64,000 bases of DNA from Squalus acanthias. Its lineage: Eukaryota. Both the position numbers and the translations under genes were made by a program. Shown one piece after another: positions 34,001 to 47,679 of this stretch. A model generated the notes under the pieces. That model did no database searches and was not told the origin of the DNA. It worked only from the letters and a program-made list of their open reading frames with translations. The stretch covers positions 1,674,001 through 1,738,000 of the forward strand of contig JASTWF010000036.1 in assembly GCA_030390025.1 (NCBI GenBank). Reading direction: 5' to 3'. Each line of letters starts with the position of its first letter. Positions within the stretch are counted from its first letter, which is position 1.

Positions 34001-35139
34001 CTTTGTTTGGGGAGAGAGGAAGTGCGATGTAGGAAAGCACAGGCCTGGGAAAGAGCCTGCTGTCAATCTGGCCCGTTTAAGAGAGATTTAAAGAAAGAGA
34101 ACTCCAGAGAGCAGTGGCTGGTTGCTCTGCCATCATTTTGGGATAAATTTTCATGTGCGGATTAATAAAGGCTTATCAGACCAGAGACTGAGGAGCCGAT
34201 TGGTGCTCAAAAATAAGTTCTACTTCCAGCCCCTACAAACCCCCTTCACACCCACACTCAAACTGGAAACCACTTCAAAGATGGCTGGGTCCATGGAGTC
34301 GCACCAACTTTGTGTGAGAAACTCCAATTTAGAAAGTTCCGGAGACCAAATTAGGGCCTTCTGCACAGCAAGGCATAAAAAATGCAACATGGTGTAAAAT
34401 GAAAAGGCATGGGAGCTTTTAAGAGAGGCCACTTCTGCTGAGGCAGCAGAACATCAAGCTTGCGTCGTACGAAAGAGGTACTTTAAATATATAAAATCAA
34501 TAAAGTGGTGTAATGAAAGCCCACAGCCTGAACTCTGTGGAGTCGGTCGGATGGCATAATGTGCACCGTGGGAGCAGGACTGCGTGGGGGCACAGCATGA
34601 AACCCTAAACAGCGCCAAGTAATCCCTGCCCTCAGCTGGCAAAGAGCATTTACAATTCATCCCTGCAACTTTTGCTTCGCCTTGTATTAATGAGGCAAGC
34701 AGGGACGGCACGAGCGAGGCCCGTGATTGGTGAGGCTGCCACTTCCTCTGCATGTGACGTCACTAACGAGAGTGAATGCGTTTGCATAGTTAATGTGCTG
34801 AAGTCAGCATCCGCACTATCGGATTATTTTGAATTCTGCTCATTAGTACCCATGGCGATAGATTGGGGTGAGTGACACGGGCAAACTGCTGCTTAGCTAA
34901 TTCCCTTCTCCTCCTCCTGGAATAATTAGCACATGAATTAATTAACAACTAATTAACTACAGGTGTTGCAAATTAAATTATTATAATCACTGACTAAAAC
35001 TTACAGCTGTACCCTCGTTCCTTAACAAGCTGTGCTCTGATATTACTCCGAGGCTACCGTTTACCTTCTTTGAGAATTTTTGCGCTTGAGAGGCTTCAGC
35101 TTTGTGCGTTGCACGCCCCTCCATTTTGTTTGTCCCTTC

Positions 35140-35829
35140 AACCGACCGCATATCCGCGGCATAACTAAGAACTCCTATTTTCACCTCCGTAACATCGCCC
35201 GTCTCCGCCCTTGCCTCAGCTCATCCGCTGCTGAAACCCTCATCCGTGCCTTTGTTACCTCTAGACTTGACTATTCTATTGCACTACTGGCTGGCCTCCC
35301 ACATTCCACCCTACGTAAACTTAAAGTCATCCAAAACTCGGCTGCCCGTGTCCTAACTCGCACCGAGTCCCCTTCACCCATCACCCCTGTACTCGCTGAC
35401 CTACATTGGCTCCCAGTTAAGCAACGCCTCGATTTCAAAATTCTCATCCTTGTTTTTAAATCCCTCCATGGCCTCGCCCCTCCCTATCTCTGTAATCTCC
35501 TCCAGCCCCACAACCCCCCCGAGATATCTGCGCTCCTCTAATTCTGCCCTCTTGAGCATCCCTGATTATAATCGCTCCACCATTGGCGGCCGTGCTTTCT
35601 GTTGCCTGGGCCCTAAGCTCTGGAATTCCCTGCCTAAACCTCTCCACCTCTCTACTTCTCTTTCCTCCTTTAAGACGCTCCTTAAAACCTACCTCTTTGA
35701 CCAAGCTCTGCCCTAATTTCTCCTTCGGTGGCTCGGTGTCAAATTTTTGTCTTATAACGCTCCTGTGAAGCGCCTTGGGACGTTTTACTACGTTGAAGGT
35801 GCTCTATAAATACAAGTTGTTGTTGTTGT
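35140..35829 (+). mobile_element. L2 LINE 3' fragment
   Basis: YFHLRNIARLRPCLSSSAAETLIRAFVTSRLDYS...LHWLPVKQRLDFKIL. Confidence 0.92.
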
Positions 35830-36094
35830 CAAGAGGGAAAAAGCAGAAAAGCCACACCCAGAAAGCGCCCTTTCACCACAAACCTGCAGGTTGTGACAAA
35901 CAATTTAATATTCTCACATTGTTTCTGAAAATCTGCAACTTTTGTTGCTTGGGTGCTCCCAGAACAGGAAGTGATGTAAATCTTCCTGAGGTTGACTCTC
36001 TGATAGGTAGACTGAGGTGACTTGCCTGCAGCACCTGATACCGGACAACTTTACTCCAAATTTAAGTACCAAACTATAATGCAAAGGAACCGTA

Positions 36095-36532
36095 GAAAAG
36101 AAAGAACTTGCATTTATTTCACAACCTCAAGACGTCCCAAAGCACTTCATAGCCAATGAAGTACTCTTTGAAGTATAGTCACTGTTGTAATGTAGGAAAC
36201 ATGGCAGCCAATTTACGCACAGCAAGCTCCCACAAAGAGCAATGTGATAATGACCAGATAATCTGTTTTTAGTGTTGTTGGTTGAGGAACAAATATTGGC
36301 CAAGGCACCGGGGAGAACTCCCCTACACTTTGTCTAAATAGTGCCATGGGATCTTTTATGTCCACCTGAGAGAGCAGGTGAAAGACGGCACCTCATCTGA
36401 AAGACGGCACCTCTGACAGTGTAGCACTCCCTCAGTGCTGCACTAAGAGTGTCGGCCTAGATTACTCGCTCAAGTCTCTGGAGTGTGGCTTGAACCCTCA
36501 ACCTTCTGACTCAGAGGCAAGAGTGCCACCCG
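36095..36532 (-). mobile_element. DeuSINE-like SINE
   Basis: Reverse complement of the family consensus. Confidence 0.85.
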
Positions 36533-36559
36533 CTAGGTGGAACATGGCCATGGTTGAGG

Positions 36560-36890
36560 TTTCCAGGTTTGATCCAGGTCTATGCTGGATCAACTCATCT
36601 CAGTTCTGGGAATGATGAGAGCTTTACAATTGGCCTCCATATGCGTTAGTTAGAGAGTGCAAATATTAAATTAGCCAACGTTTGTGTGACTGATCGCGAC
36701 CTTGTGCCCCTTGCTGGAAAGTGCGTGCAGTGGGTGAGGATAGGAATGGAGTAAGCTGTGATACCTCCCCCAGTCGAATAGGCTGTTGACACTTGAACGG
36801 GAACTTGGGCGAGATACCGGAAGACTGGCAGCGCCCGACAGACCGTGCCCTAGCAAGACTCGGCACCTTTGAGAGAACAGGGGATGAAAT
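36560..36890 (+). mobile_element. Old SINE-like repeat (family C)
   Basis: ccaggtttgatcc (B-box-like)...acaattggcctc...gctggaaagtgcgtg...ggtgaggatagga; related to 47680-47880 and 37330-37560. Confidence 0.55.
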
Positions 36891-37699
36891 TAAATAAATA
36901 CAGTGCCATTATCTTCCACAGAGGGCGAGGAGTAGAAATGTGACTCTGGAGAAAGTGCCACGAAGAACAGTGGGGCCCCACTTCACTGGCCTCCCGGCTC
37001 TGTGGAGATATAAACCCCTGGCTCTTGATTTCTTCATTCCAGATGGTAGATTTGCATTTCTGCCTGGGCTGGCCTCAGAGGCATGTAATGACTATCAGCC
37101 ATCCTCCTTTTGATGTTTAATGAATATTTAATCTCCGTTTAAAGAAAGGAATTGAAACCATCTTCGTCAGAATCCTTCAGACCTAACGGATAATTAAAAC
37201 ATCACATGCGGTCACTGAACTGTAAACATTGCCATCTCCAAACTTACCCAGTCGTGAAGGCTCAATACAGTATGTATTTGGGTCTGACAATGATTGAATT
37301 ACTGTTAACGTCGCGATGGGGCCATTTGTCTCTCTTTTACCCACTTCTCTCCTGAAAGCTCTGACTTATGCTGGGATATTGTTCTGTGGGCTCCGCTGGC
37401 TCCCTCCAGGGGCCAGTCTTCATGCGTGAGCCTCAACAGTGTTGGGCGTCTATTTGACCGCAGGGAGCATCATCTCCAAGCCTGATTCCGTCCTCACCCA
37501 ATGACCAGATGTGCGCTTTCCAGCTAGGATCTAATCTATAGCTCCCGAGACCTGCACCACACAGTGCACTTGCCCACTGACCCACCTTCCCTTCACTTCT
37601 GCTTTCTCCGCTGTTCGTTTTCTTCACCCCCCCCACTCATGCCAGTCCCAGAAAACGAGGCCATGCCAGTTCTCTGCCTTCCTTTGTAATGGGATGCTG

Positions 37700-39345
37700 A
37701 CAGACCAGTTCCTTCTCTCCCTCTCCCTCCCATCCCAGCTGTGGAAAAAATTCTTCCCCAACTCCCTCACTAATTCACTCTCAAACTCCCGACTCACTCT
37801 TGTCTGGTTCTCCTCTCACCATATCTCTGCTACTGCGGACCTGTCTCAGTGTTCCTTCACCTCTGCCCTTGTTCCCTTCAAATCACCCACCCTGCCCTTC
37901 CCCTGATATAGTCCCCACCTTCATTCCATCAAGTCAGAGGGTCTTAAACCTGAGTGTACATGGCACAAATCAGTCTGGTCAGCCATTTGTAGGTCGGCTC
38001 AACCACATAAAGTATTACAATACCTTGTTGTCTTCAGCCAAAATTGCCTGCTACCCCAGGGTCAAGCTGGAGGGCCGGGCTAATCCAACGCTCCTTTTCT
38101 CCACAGCTAACTGCTTTCATAAACCCTTTTCTCTCACCTCCAATACCAAATGAAAAGGGCACATGAATGTCCTTGTCACCAAGATTAAAACCATCCATCC
38201 TGGCTCTGCTGTAACCTCTCCTTCCTCTGCACTCACTCACAACCTCCAGCCCCACCCACTCTAGCTCTGCTTCCCTGTCATTGAAGTTTCTCCCCCCGCT
38301 CCCCTCATTCCGTCTCCTCATTCATTTCCTCCATGAGATCCAACTCCTATTACCTTCATGCTCTGCCCACTCAACTTCTGCCCACTCAACTTCTGCCCAC
38401 TCAACTTCTGCCCACTCAACTTCTGCCCACTCAACTTCTGCCCACTCAACTTCCCCTCCTGGCTGCCGTGCTAATTGCCATTGAAAATAGTTCTCTTTCC
38501 TCTGGCACTGTCCCACTCTTTTTTAAAACCATGATCATCTCCCCCCTCCTCAAAAGACCCATCCTTGATCCATCCATTCTCTCCAACCACCACCCTATTT
38601 CTAACCTCTCTTTCATCTGTAAGGTTCTTGAATAAGTTGTTGCCTCACAGCGCTATGCTCCATCTCTCTCAAAACCCCTATTTGAATTCCTCCAGTACAC
38701 TTTCTGCCCAGCTCATAGCACCAAGATGGCAAAGTTGCAAACGACATTCTCTGTGACTGTGACCATGGTACGTCATCCCCACCCCTTGTCCTCCTCGACC
38801 TCTCTGTAGCAAATCATATGCTGGACCATGCCATGCTCTTCCATCGCCTCTCCATTGTCCAGCTCCACGAGAGTGCCCTTGCGTGGTGCCACTCCTATGT
38901 GCTCAAACACAGCCAGTGCATGCCCATCAATGGTTTCTCTTCCTACCCCAAGCTGGCGTCTCTGGAGTCCCCCAAAGTTCCATCCTTGACTCCCCCCCCC
39001 CTCTTCCGCATCCACATGCTTCCCCTCAGCAACATCATCCACAGGCTGGATAATGCTAAATTGGAACTGGACTGTGTCTGCCTTTAATGTGTGTTGTGTA
39101 AAACTCTTGTAACCAGGAGAGGCAATGAGAGAGAAAAGTAGACGGGCAGTTTCTTTCCTCATTCTAATTTGACTTCTTTTTAAATGAAAATACAAGCTGA
39201 ATGTATGCTGAGAACATCCGGCTCTACTACTTCACCATCTTTCTTGGCCACATCCATGCCATCAAACTGTCCATCTAACAAGTCATGCATGTGCCCAAAC
39301 TTCCTCCAACTGAATATCATCATTTTCAGCCCCCACCATAAGCTC
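37700..39345 (+). mobile_element. Degenerate L2 LINE ORF2 region
   Basis: IENSSLSSGTVPLFFK..ISPLLKRPILDPSILSNHHPISNLSFICKVLE; LLDLS; YAD-like gtatgctgagaac at ~39203. Confidence 0.75.
38362..38451 (+). repeat. Tandem repeat (TCTGCCCACTCAACT)x6
   Basis: Six perfect 15-bp units. Confidence 0.95.
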
Positions 39346-40026
39346 TATTACCATTGATAATGCAAAGGGTTCTGTGGAGTCAGTTGTCCATATAGCATTT
39401 CATTAGAGACTTTATTGTTTAGGAACAGATTGTGTAGTTTAGTAAGTATTACTCTAGCTTCTGCCCCTGTGTAATTACTTGCTTGTAAATAAATGTGTCT
39501 ATTAGTTTTATCCTGATTGCTGATACTTTGGTATTTTGTGCCTTTCAAAGTGGACAGGCGAGTTTGGTATACAGCCCACAGAATCTCTGATGCAGCATAT
39601 TGTAGTTAAAAAAGTAATTGTGAATCCTGTGGCACGCTCTCCATTCACATCACACATAAGAGAGAAAAGTTCAGTTAATAGAAGATGTGATGTGCTTCGA
39701 AAACTGCCTTTTTGCTGCAAATGTTGAGTAAAGTGTGATGGGAGAAAGTCTGATCTGTAAGAGCAAGGATGAATTAGATTACTGGGGACTGCTTGGCGCA
39801 ATGGGTCAGCACGTTGTCCTTTATTTTCCACGCTGTTTACCTCCAAGGGCTTTGCTTGTTTTCAAAATTCAGCTTGTATTTTCTTTTAAAAAGAAGTCAA
39901 ATTAGAATGAGGAAAGAAACTGCCTGTCTACTTTTCTCTCTCATTGCCTCTCCTGGTTACAAGAGTTTTACACAACACACATTAAAGGCAGCCACAGTCC
40001 AGTTCCAATTTAGCATTACCCAGCCT
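39043..40026. repeat. 160-bp inverted repeat (39043-39202 / 39867-40026)
   Basis: The arms are reverse complements with ~4 mismatches by eye. Confidence 0.92.
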
Positions 40027-40371
40027 TAAATTGGTAATGACACTCAGACAGGCCTCAGGGACAGCTGTTGTGAGAAATGAACATCATACTGATGCAATCA
40101 AGGCGATTGTTGATGGTGCACATTGTTGGACAATGTAGAGAGCCCTTTAAATTGCAACTAGCTGTGTTGTAGCTACCTTGGGGGTGCTTCATCTTGATAC
40201 TGGGTGCCAAAAGTAGACAGTGTCCTCTTCCCTCATCGGGTGGGGGAAAGTGGAGTTGAGGTTGAAGATCAGCCATGATCTTATTGAATGGCGGAGCAGG
40301 CTCGAAGGGTTGTATGGCCTACTCCTGCTCCTAATTCTTATGTTCTTATGTTCTAACACTGACATCTTTCT

Positions 40372-41530
40372 TACATAGAAGTACATAGAATGTACAGCAC
40401 TGAAACAGGCCATTCGGCCCAACTGGTCCATGCTGATGTTTATGCTCCACTCGAGCCTCCTCCCACCCCACAACATCTCACCCCATCACCATATCCTTCT
40501 ATTCCTTTCTCCCTCATGTATTTATCAAGCTTCCCCTTGAATGGATCTGTGCTATTCGCCTCAACTAATCCTTGTGGTAGCGAGTTCCACATTCTAACCA
40601 CTCTCTGGGTAAACAAGTTTCTCCTGAATTTATTATCACAGCTGCCATCTTTTAAATTTTAAACATTAAATCTAGACTTGACTATTCCAATGCACTCCTG
40701 GCTGGCCTCCCTAGTTCTACACTTCATAAACTTGAGGTCATCCAAAACTCTGCTGCCTGTGTCCTAACTTGCACCAAGTCCCTTTCACCCATCTCCCCTG
40801 TGCTCACTGACCTACATTGGCTCCCGGTTAAGCAACGCCTCTATTTTAAAATTCTCATCCTTGTTTTCGTGGCCGAGCCCCTCCTTATCTCTGTAATCCC
40901 CTCCAGCCCTATAATCACCCTAGATATCTGCGCTCCGCCTATTCTGGCCTTTTGAACATTCCTGATTATAATCGCTCCACCATTGGCGGCCGTGCCTTCA
41001 GCTGCCTAGGTCCTTAGCTCTGGAATTCCCTCCCTAAACCTCTCCGCCTCGCTACCTCTCTTTCCTCCTTTAAGACGCTCCTTAAAACCTACCTCTTTGA
41101 CCAAGCTTTTGGTCACCTGACCTAACATCTCCTTATATGGCTCGGTGTCAAATTTCTTTTTTTGATAACACTCCTGTGAAGCACCTTGGGGGGGTTTTAT
41201 TACATTAAAGGCACTATAGAAATATAAGTTGTTGTTGAATTCCCTATTGGATTTATTAGTGACTACCTTATATTGATGGCCCCCCTAGTTTTGGATTACC
41301 CCACAAGTGGAAACATCTTCTCTACGTCTACCCTATCGAACCCCTTCATAATCTTAAAGACCTCTATCAGGTCACCACTCAGCCTTCTCTTTTCTATAGA
41401 AAAGAGCCCCAGCCTGTTCAATCTTTCCTGATAGCTAGAATCTCTCTGTTCTGGTATCAACCTTGTAAATCTTTTTTGCACCTTCTCCAGTGCCTCTATA
41501 TCCTTTTTGTAATATGGAGAGCAGAAATTG
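40372..41530 (-). mobile_element. CR1 3' fragment split by an L2 insertion (pieces 40372-40630 and 41237-41530)
   Basis: QKRFTRLIPE..YQERLNRLGLFS..GDLIEVFKIMKG; continuity at ttctcctgaatt...gaattccctattgg. Confidence 0.85.
40670..41237 (+). mobile_element. L2 LINE 3' fragment
   Basis: tctagacttgactattccaatgcactcctggctggcc ... aagttgttgtt. Confidence 0.9.
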
Positions 41531-41756
41531 GCACAAAATGACTAAAAAAAGGAAGATAATTAGGTTTCTGTAAGATGGGGCTTTGCTCAGTCATTTGGAA
41601 CTGTGCCTTAAACATTTCATTGTTCTTAATAACTGTTGCACAGTGGGTCTATGTGAGTCACCAACAAAGAATGTAAAAAGACTCCTTTACCATCAATCTC
41701 CAGTCCAAGCGTATGATATAAATAAAATATTTACTCAACTGTGCAGTTCTAACTAC

Positions 41757-44700
41757 CACTTATCTCGACCCCTCCACGGTCTCTAAATTCTCAGACTGCT
41801 TGTCCGACATCCAGTTCTGGATGAGCAGAAATTTTCTCCAGTTAAACATTGGGAAGACCGAAGCCATTGTTTTCGGTCCCCGCCACGAACTCCGTTCCCT
41901 CGCCACTGACTCCATCCCTCTCCCTAACATCCGTCTGAGGCTGAACCACACTGTTCGCAACCTTGGTGTCATATTTGACCCTGAAATGAGCTTCCGACCA
42001 CATATCCGCAGCATAACTAAGACCGCCTATTTCCACCTCCGTAACATCGCCCGTCTCCGCCCCTGCCTCAGCTCATCCGCTGCTGAAACCCTCCTCCCTG
42101 CCTTTGTTACCTCTAGACTTCACTACTCCAATGCACTCCTGGCCGGCCTCCCACATTCCACCCTACGTAAACTTGAGATCATCCAAAACTCTGCTGCCTG
42201 TGTCCTAACTCTCACCAAGTCCTGTTCACCCATCACCCCTGTGCTCGCTGACCTACATTGGCTCCCGGTTAAGCAACGCCTCGATTTCAAAATTCTAATC
42301 CTTGTTTTCAAATCCCTCCATGGCCTCGCCCCTCCCTATCTCTGTAACCTCCTCCAGCCCCATAACCCCCTGAGATATCTGCGCTCCTCTAGTAAGGATT
42401 ACTGGGATATGGCTACAGAAAAATCAGGACTGGGAATTAAACATTGCAGGGTATAACATATTTAGAAAAGATAGGGAGGGAAAAAGGGGAGGTGGAGTAG
42501 TTGTACTTATTACGGATAACATAATGGCAGTAGAAAAAAGTGACGCAGATATCAGCAAGACAAAAATAGAATCCATGTGGATGGAGATTAAAGATAATAA
42601 AGGATCAATCACACTGATAGGCGTAGTCTACAGACCACCTAATAGTGGAAGGGAGGTGGAGGAAGAAATATGCAGACAAATTAGGGAAATTAGTAAAAAA
42701 CATAGAATAATAATCATGGGTGATTTCAACTACCCCGATATTAATCGGACAGAAGAGGTAGGTAAAGGGGATAAGGGAATGGAGTTCCTACAATGTGTAC
42801 AGGACTCCTTTCTAACCCAATATGTAAAAAGCCCAACAAGGGAGGATTCGCTATTGGATCTAGGAATGGGGAATGAACCAGAGTAGATAAGAGAAGTAAA
42901 AGTAGGGCAACATCTAGGCAATAGTGACCATAATATAATACGCTTTAAGATGATAATTGAGAAGGACATAAGTATGACAAAAAACAGGTTACTAGATTGG
43001 AGAAAAGCTGATTTTGAGGGGCTGAGAATAGAACTTAGGGAAAAAAATGGGCAACAATATTGGCAAACAACGATGTAGAACAGCAATGGAAACATTTAAA
43101 ACAGTGTTCAACAAGGTGCAGGAAAAATATATTCCTCTAAAAGGAAAGAACAAACTAAACAATAATGAGACTCCATGGATGAATAAAGCCATAAGGGAAC
43201 AATTGAGGGTAAGGAAAGAGGCATACATTAAGTACATAGACAGCAGGGGAGTGCATGATAAGGGAGAATACGAAAAGATTAGGAGAGAAGTCAAAAAAAC
43301 AATTAGGGAGGCAAAGAGGAACTATGAAATTAAATTATCAAGGAACATAAAACAAAATAGTAAAATATTTTATAGGCACATCAATAAAAAAAGGAAGGTT
43401 GGGATGGGAATAGGGCCATTAAGGGATAGACAGGATAATACCACAGGTAACGATAGAGAGATGGCAGAAATATTAAATAATTATTTTGCTTCAGTATTTA
43501 CCAGGGAGATAGAACAGGTGGACATGACATTGGATGATGAGATTAGTAATGAGATAAGTGCATTTAAAATAAAAACAGGGGATATATTAAATAAACTAAT
43601 CAAACTCAAAGAGGATAAAACCCCTGGTCTGGATGGATTGCATACACACATTTTAAAAGAATCTAGGGAAGAGATAGCAGAGGCATTACTACACATATTT
43701 AATAATTCATTAGAAAAAGGTATAGTGCCAGAGGACTGGCAGATAGCTAACGTAATACCGATATTTAAGAAGGGGGGATAGAACATGTCCAGGGAATTAT
43801 ATCTGTTTAACATCGGTGGTAGGAAAATAATGGAATCCCTACTAAAGGAGAAAATAGAAGAACATCTAGAAAGCAAAAATATAATAATGAATAGTCAACA
43901 TGGAGTTCAAAAGGGAAATTATTGAATTTTTTGAAGAGGTAATAGAGAGAGTAGACAATGGTAATGCAGTAGATGGAGTTTATCTGGATTTTCAAAAGGC
44001 CTTCGATAAAGTACCCCATAATAGACTGATGAACAAGGTCAGAGAATGTGGAGTCAGGGGACAAGTAGCAGAATGGATTGCTGGCTGGCTTCAGGACAGA
44101 AAGCACAGAGTGGGACTAAAGGGTAGCTATTCACAGTGGCAGAAGGTGGGTAGTGGTGTTCCACAAGGATCAGTGCTGGGACCACTGCTGTTCACAATTT
44201 ACATTAACGATTTAGACTTAGGAATCAAAAACACAATTTCAAAATTTGCGGATGACACCAAATTGGGGGATTTTGTCAATACTGAGGAGGACTGCAACAA
44301 ATTACAGGAGGACATTAATAAACTTGCAGAATGAGCATATAATTGGCAAATGAAGTTCAACACAGATAAATGTGAGGTATTACATTTTGGTAGGAAGAAT
44401 AGGGAGGTCACTTATCACTTGGAGGGTGCGAGTCTGGGTGGGGTAGAGGAACAAAGGGATCTCAGAGTACAAATACACAAATCACTAAAAGTTGCGACAC
44501 AGGTTAACAAGGCCATAAAAAAGCAAACCAAGCACTGGGGTTTATTTCTAGAGGGATAGAATTGAAAAGTAGGGAAGTTATGCTAAACTTGTATCGAACC
44601 TTGGTTGGACCACACTTGGAGTACTGTGTACAGTTCTGGTCGCCATATTATAAAAAGGATATAGAGGCACTGGAGAGGGTGCAGAGAAGATTTACAAGGA

Positions 44701-45420
44701 TGATACCAGAAATGCGAGGGTATACATATCAGGAAAGGATGAACAGGCTGGGTCCCTTTTCTCTGGAAAAAAGGGCGGCTGAGGGGTGACCTAATAGAGG
44801 TCTTTAAAATTATGACAAATTTTGATAAAGTGGATACAGAGAGAATGTTTCCACTTGTGGGGAAGAGCAAAACTAGAGGCCATCAATATAAGATAGTCAC
44901 CAAGAAATCCAATAGGGAATTCAGAAGAAACTTCTTTACCCAAAGAGTGGTGAGAATGTGGAACTCGCTACCACAGGGAGTGGTTGAAGTGAATGGTATA
45001 GATGCATTTAAGGGGAGGCTATATAAGCATATGAGGGCGAAGGGAATCGAGGGTTACGCTGATAGATTTAGATGAGGAAAGACGGGAGGAGGCTCGAGTG
45101 GAACATAAACATCGGCATGGACCGGTTGGGCCGAATGGCCTGTTTCTGTGCTGAATATCCTGTGTAATCCTGTGTGATTCTGCTCTCTTGAGCATCCCCA
45201 ATTTTAATCGCTCAACCATTGGTGGCCGTGACTTCTGTTGCCTAGGCCCTAAGCTCTGGAATTCCCCCCCCCCCCCCTAAACCTGTCCTTAAAACCTGCC
45301 TCTTTGACCAAGCTTTTGGTCATCTGTCCTAATATCTCCTGATGTGGCTCGCTGTCAAATTTTGTCTGATTACGCTCCTGTGAAGCACCTTGGGACGTTT
45401 TACAACGTTAAAGGCGCAAT
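41757..45420 (+). mobile_element. L2 LINE fragment (41757-42390, resuming 45178-45420), interrupted by CR1
   Basis: SDIQFWMSRNFLQLNIGKTE...RNLGVIFD...LRYLRSS | attctgctctcttgagcatccc. Confidence 0.9.
42391..45177 (+). mobile_element. CR1 LINE ORF2 (APE endonuclease and RT), degenerate
   Basis: GVVYRPPNS..IIMGDFNYPDI; TPWMNK; VYLDFQKAFDKVPH; GVPQGSVLGP; KFADDTKLG; multiple frameshifts and stops. Confidence 0.95.
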
Positions 45421-46320
45421 ATTTAGGCAAGTTGCATTATCTCCACCAGGGCACAGCACATCTGGGCGATGGAGGGGGTGGTATTCAGCCAGGTGTTCCC
45501 ACCGCCACGGCAAGTGTGTGCGTGGACGCTCGGCTCGACTGCGATGCCCTACACAGTCGCACAGCCAGTTGACGCTGTCAAAGACTGGCCAAATGAGTGA
45601 GGTACCATGGCGGAGTGGAGGGGGGGGGCGGGGGTTGGGGGCGAGGGTCGGCCTGGTGCCCCCGGCACAGGACTTTCAGGAGGGGCGGAGAGGGAACTGA
45701 AAAGCAGCCAATAAAAACAAGCCTTGGCAGCTTGCTGGTGCTCAGAACTGAGGATGACGGACGACGTTCTGTTGAGGGATTGGTGGCAGCGCCAAATGAA
45801 CAGATGGGCACAGGGGCATGCTAATTTTGACACATGAAGTGTTAAGCGTGCAGCACCATCAGTGGATTTGTGGAGCTGCACTGAACAATGCAAGCGCTGG
45901 TAATGCGATCCTTTTAACCTACGTCCCTGTCGACTCGTGGATGCTTTGCAAATCTGTGGGCATAGGCAGGTAAAAATAGTCGCAGCCTCTTCCTTATCTA
46001 GGCTGACTTTTGGTACATTGATCAGAGTGTCTCTTGTGTCCAAGCATGACCGCTCTCCAGCTCACTATCAGAGATTGCATTTCATGCTGGGGGAGGGGTC
46101 TGTTAAAACCTTCATTACACGATAAATGGGGTTTAGTGTTACACCTTTGCTCTGCTTTGAACGTACTGCTCAATTTCACCAGGAAATCAGGGAAATCATT
46201 GACAATTTTTGGTGAGAAGGGATTATGTATTAGAGGGAGCCTCACCATCATCTTACAGAGGAAGGTTCACTATAACTGCTCCTTTTACAGAGGGAGGAGA
46301 ATTTGCCCCGTAATACCTAA

Positions 46321-46772
46321 GTGTGTCAGCTGTGGCTCAGTGGGTAGCAGCCTCGCCTCTGAGTCAGAAGGTTGTGGGTTCAAGTCCCACTCCAGAGACT
46401 TGAGCACATAAAGCTAGGCTGACACTCCAGTGCAGTGCTGAGGGAGTGCTGCACTGTCGGAGGTGCCGTCTTTCGGATGAGACATTAAACCGAGGCCCTG
46501 TCTGCTCTCTCAGGTGGACGTAAAAGATCCCATGGCACTATTTCGAAGAAGAGCAGGGGAGTTATCCCCGGTGTCCTGGCCAATATTTATCCCTCAACCA
46601 ATATAACAAAAGCAGATTATCTGCTCATTATCACAGTGCTGTTTGTGGGAGCTTGCTGTGTGCAAATTGGCTGCCGCGTTTCCTATATTACAACAGTGAC
46701 TACACTTTAAAAGTACTTAATTGGCTGTAAAGCGCTTTGAGACATCCGGTGGTCGTGAAAGGCGCTATATAA
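46321..46772 (+). mobile_element. DeuSINE-like SINE, full length
   Basis: gtcagctgtggctcagtgggtagc...ggttcaagtccc...aaggcgctatata. Confidence 0.9.
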
Positions 46773-47679
46773 GACTGGGTGGCCAAGATGTATATCTTCT
46801 CCAGTCTATATCCCAGGCACAGCGGCCTTCAAAAGCATTTGCTGTAGCAGGAACTTGATTCTGCGGCCTCAGTAGTCACTCCAGAACTCACTGCCATATA
46901 AGGAATGTGTCCTGTTCTGTTCTTCCATCGTTAAAATTGCAACCATTATTTTGTTTTAACAACCTTTCATCCTTGACAAGCTGTGTCCTTTAGAGAATTG
47001 CTCCGAGTCCATTTATTTATTTGCTTTTCCCAATTCTCTGGCCGCAACATTGTGTCGATCACATCAGACCAACATAAATTTAGAGAACGGCGTGTGAGGC
47101 ATTGAGAGAAAGCTTTGGCACAGCTAATAGATAATTGGAACTGAGGGGAGCTTGGTGTTTTGTTCTCTGATTTTCTGACCACAGGAGATGGGAGAATGTT
47201 GAGGCTTCAAAGCATTTGATGCATTCGACAGACAAAGCCACAAACCTTAAACCAAGGCTTCTTGTCCTTGAGGACCATAGGGAGATGGGTGCATCAGTGA
47301 CGCCGCATGGCACAGCCAAGTCCCAAGCTTTTAATTAAAAGTCATAAGTTAAAAGCGTTTCACTGGGGAATTCGGAGACTCGCTGACGCCTGCAGTTTAA
47401 TTAAAAATTTATGACCATTTAATGAGCTTCTTCTCATATAACCGAGCAAGGCTGCAAAGTATTTACTATAAAAGAACGTCTAATTACACGGTGCTGTCTG
47501 ATGATCACAGAAATATTTCAATTGTTCTCTCAGTATTGGAGGTGCACTTCTGATCCTCACTGCACAACATACAACATAATTAACCGTTACAGGTCTGTGC
47601 CCACCCCCCCGCCCCCCCCCCATGATGACTTAATTGGCAAATTAGCTGCCCGGTATGGAACTGTGGGCCGTACAGACCG

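Noticed and set aside
38362..38451. CRISPR-like array or repeat protein (AEVEW / STSAH ORFs)
   Set aside because: Contiguous identical units with no spacers, in a eukaryotic L2 relic.
46321..46395. tRNA genes at SINE heads (also 5619, 11530-11609, 30440-30522)
   Set aside because: A and B boxes are present but run directly into SINE bodies, and there is no complete cloverleaf.
47641..47670. ARYGT peptide as the next ASIC exon (TRYGK)
   Set aside because: No flanking FT or KCYTFN residues, no acceptor, and it lies at a SINE edge.
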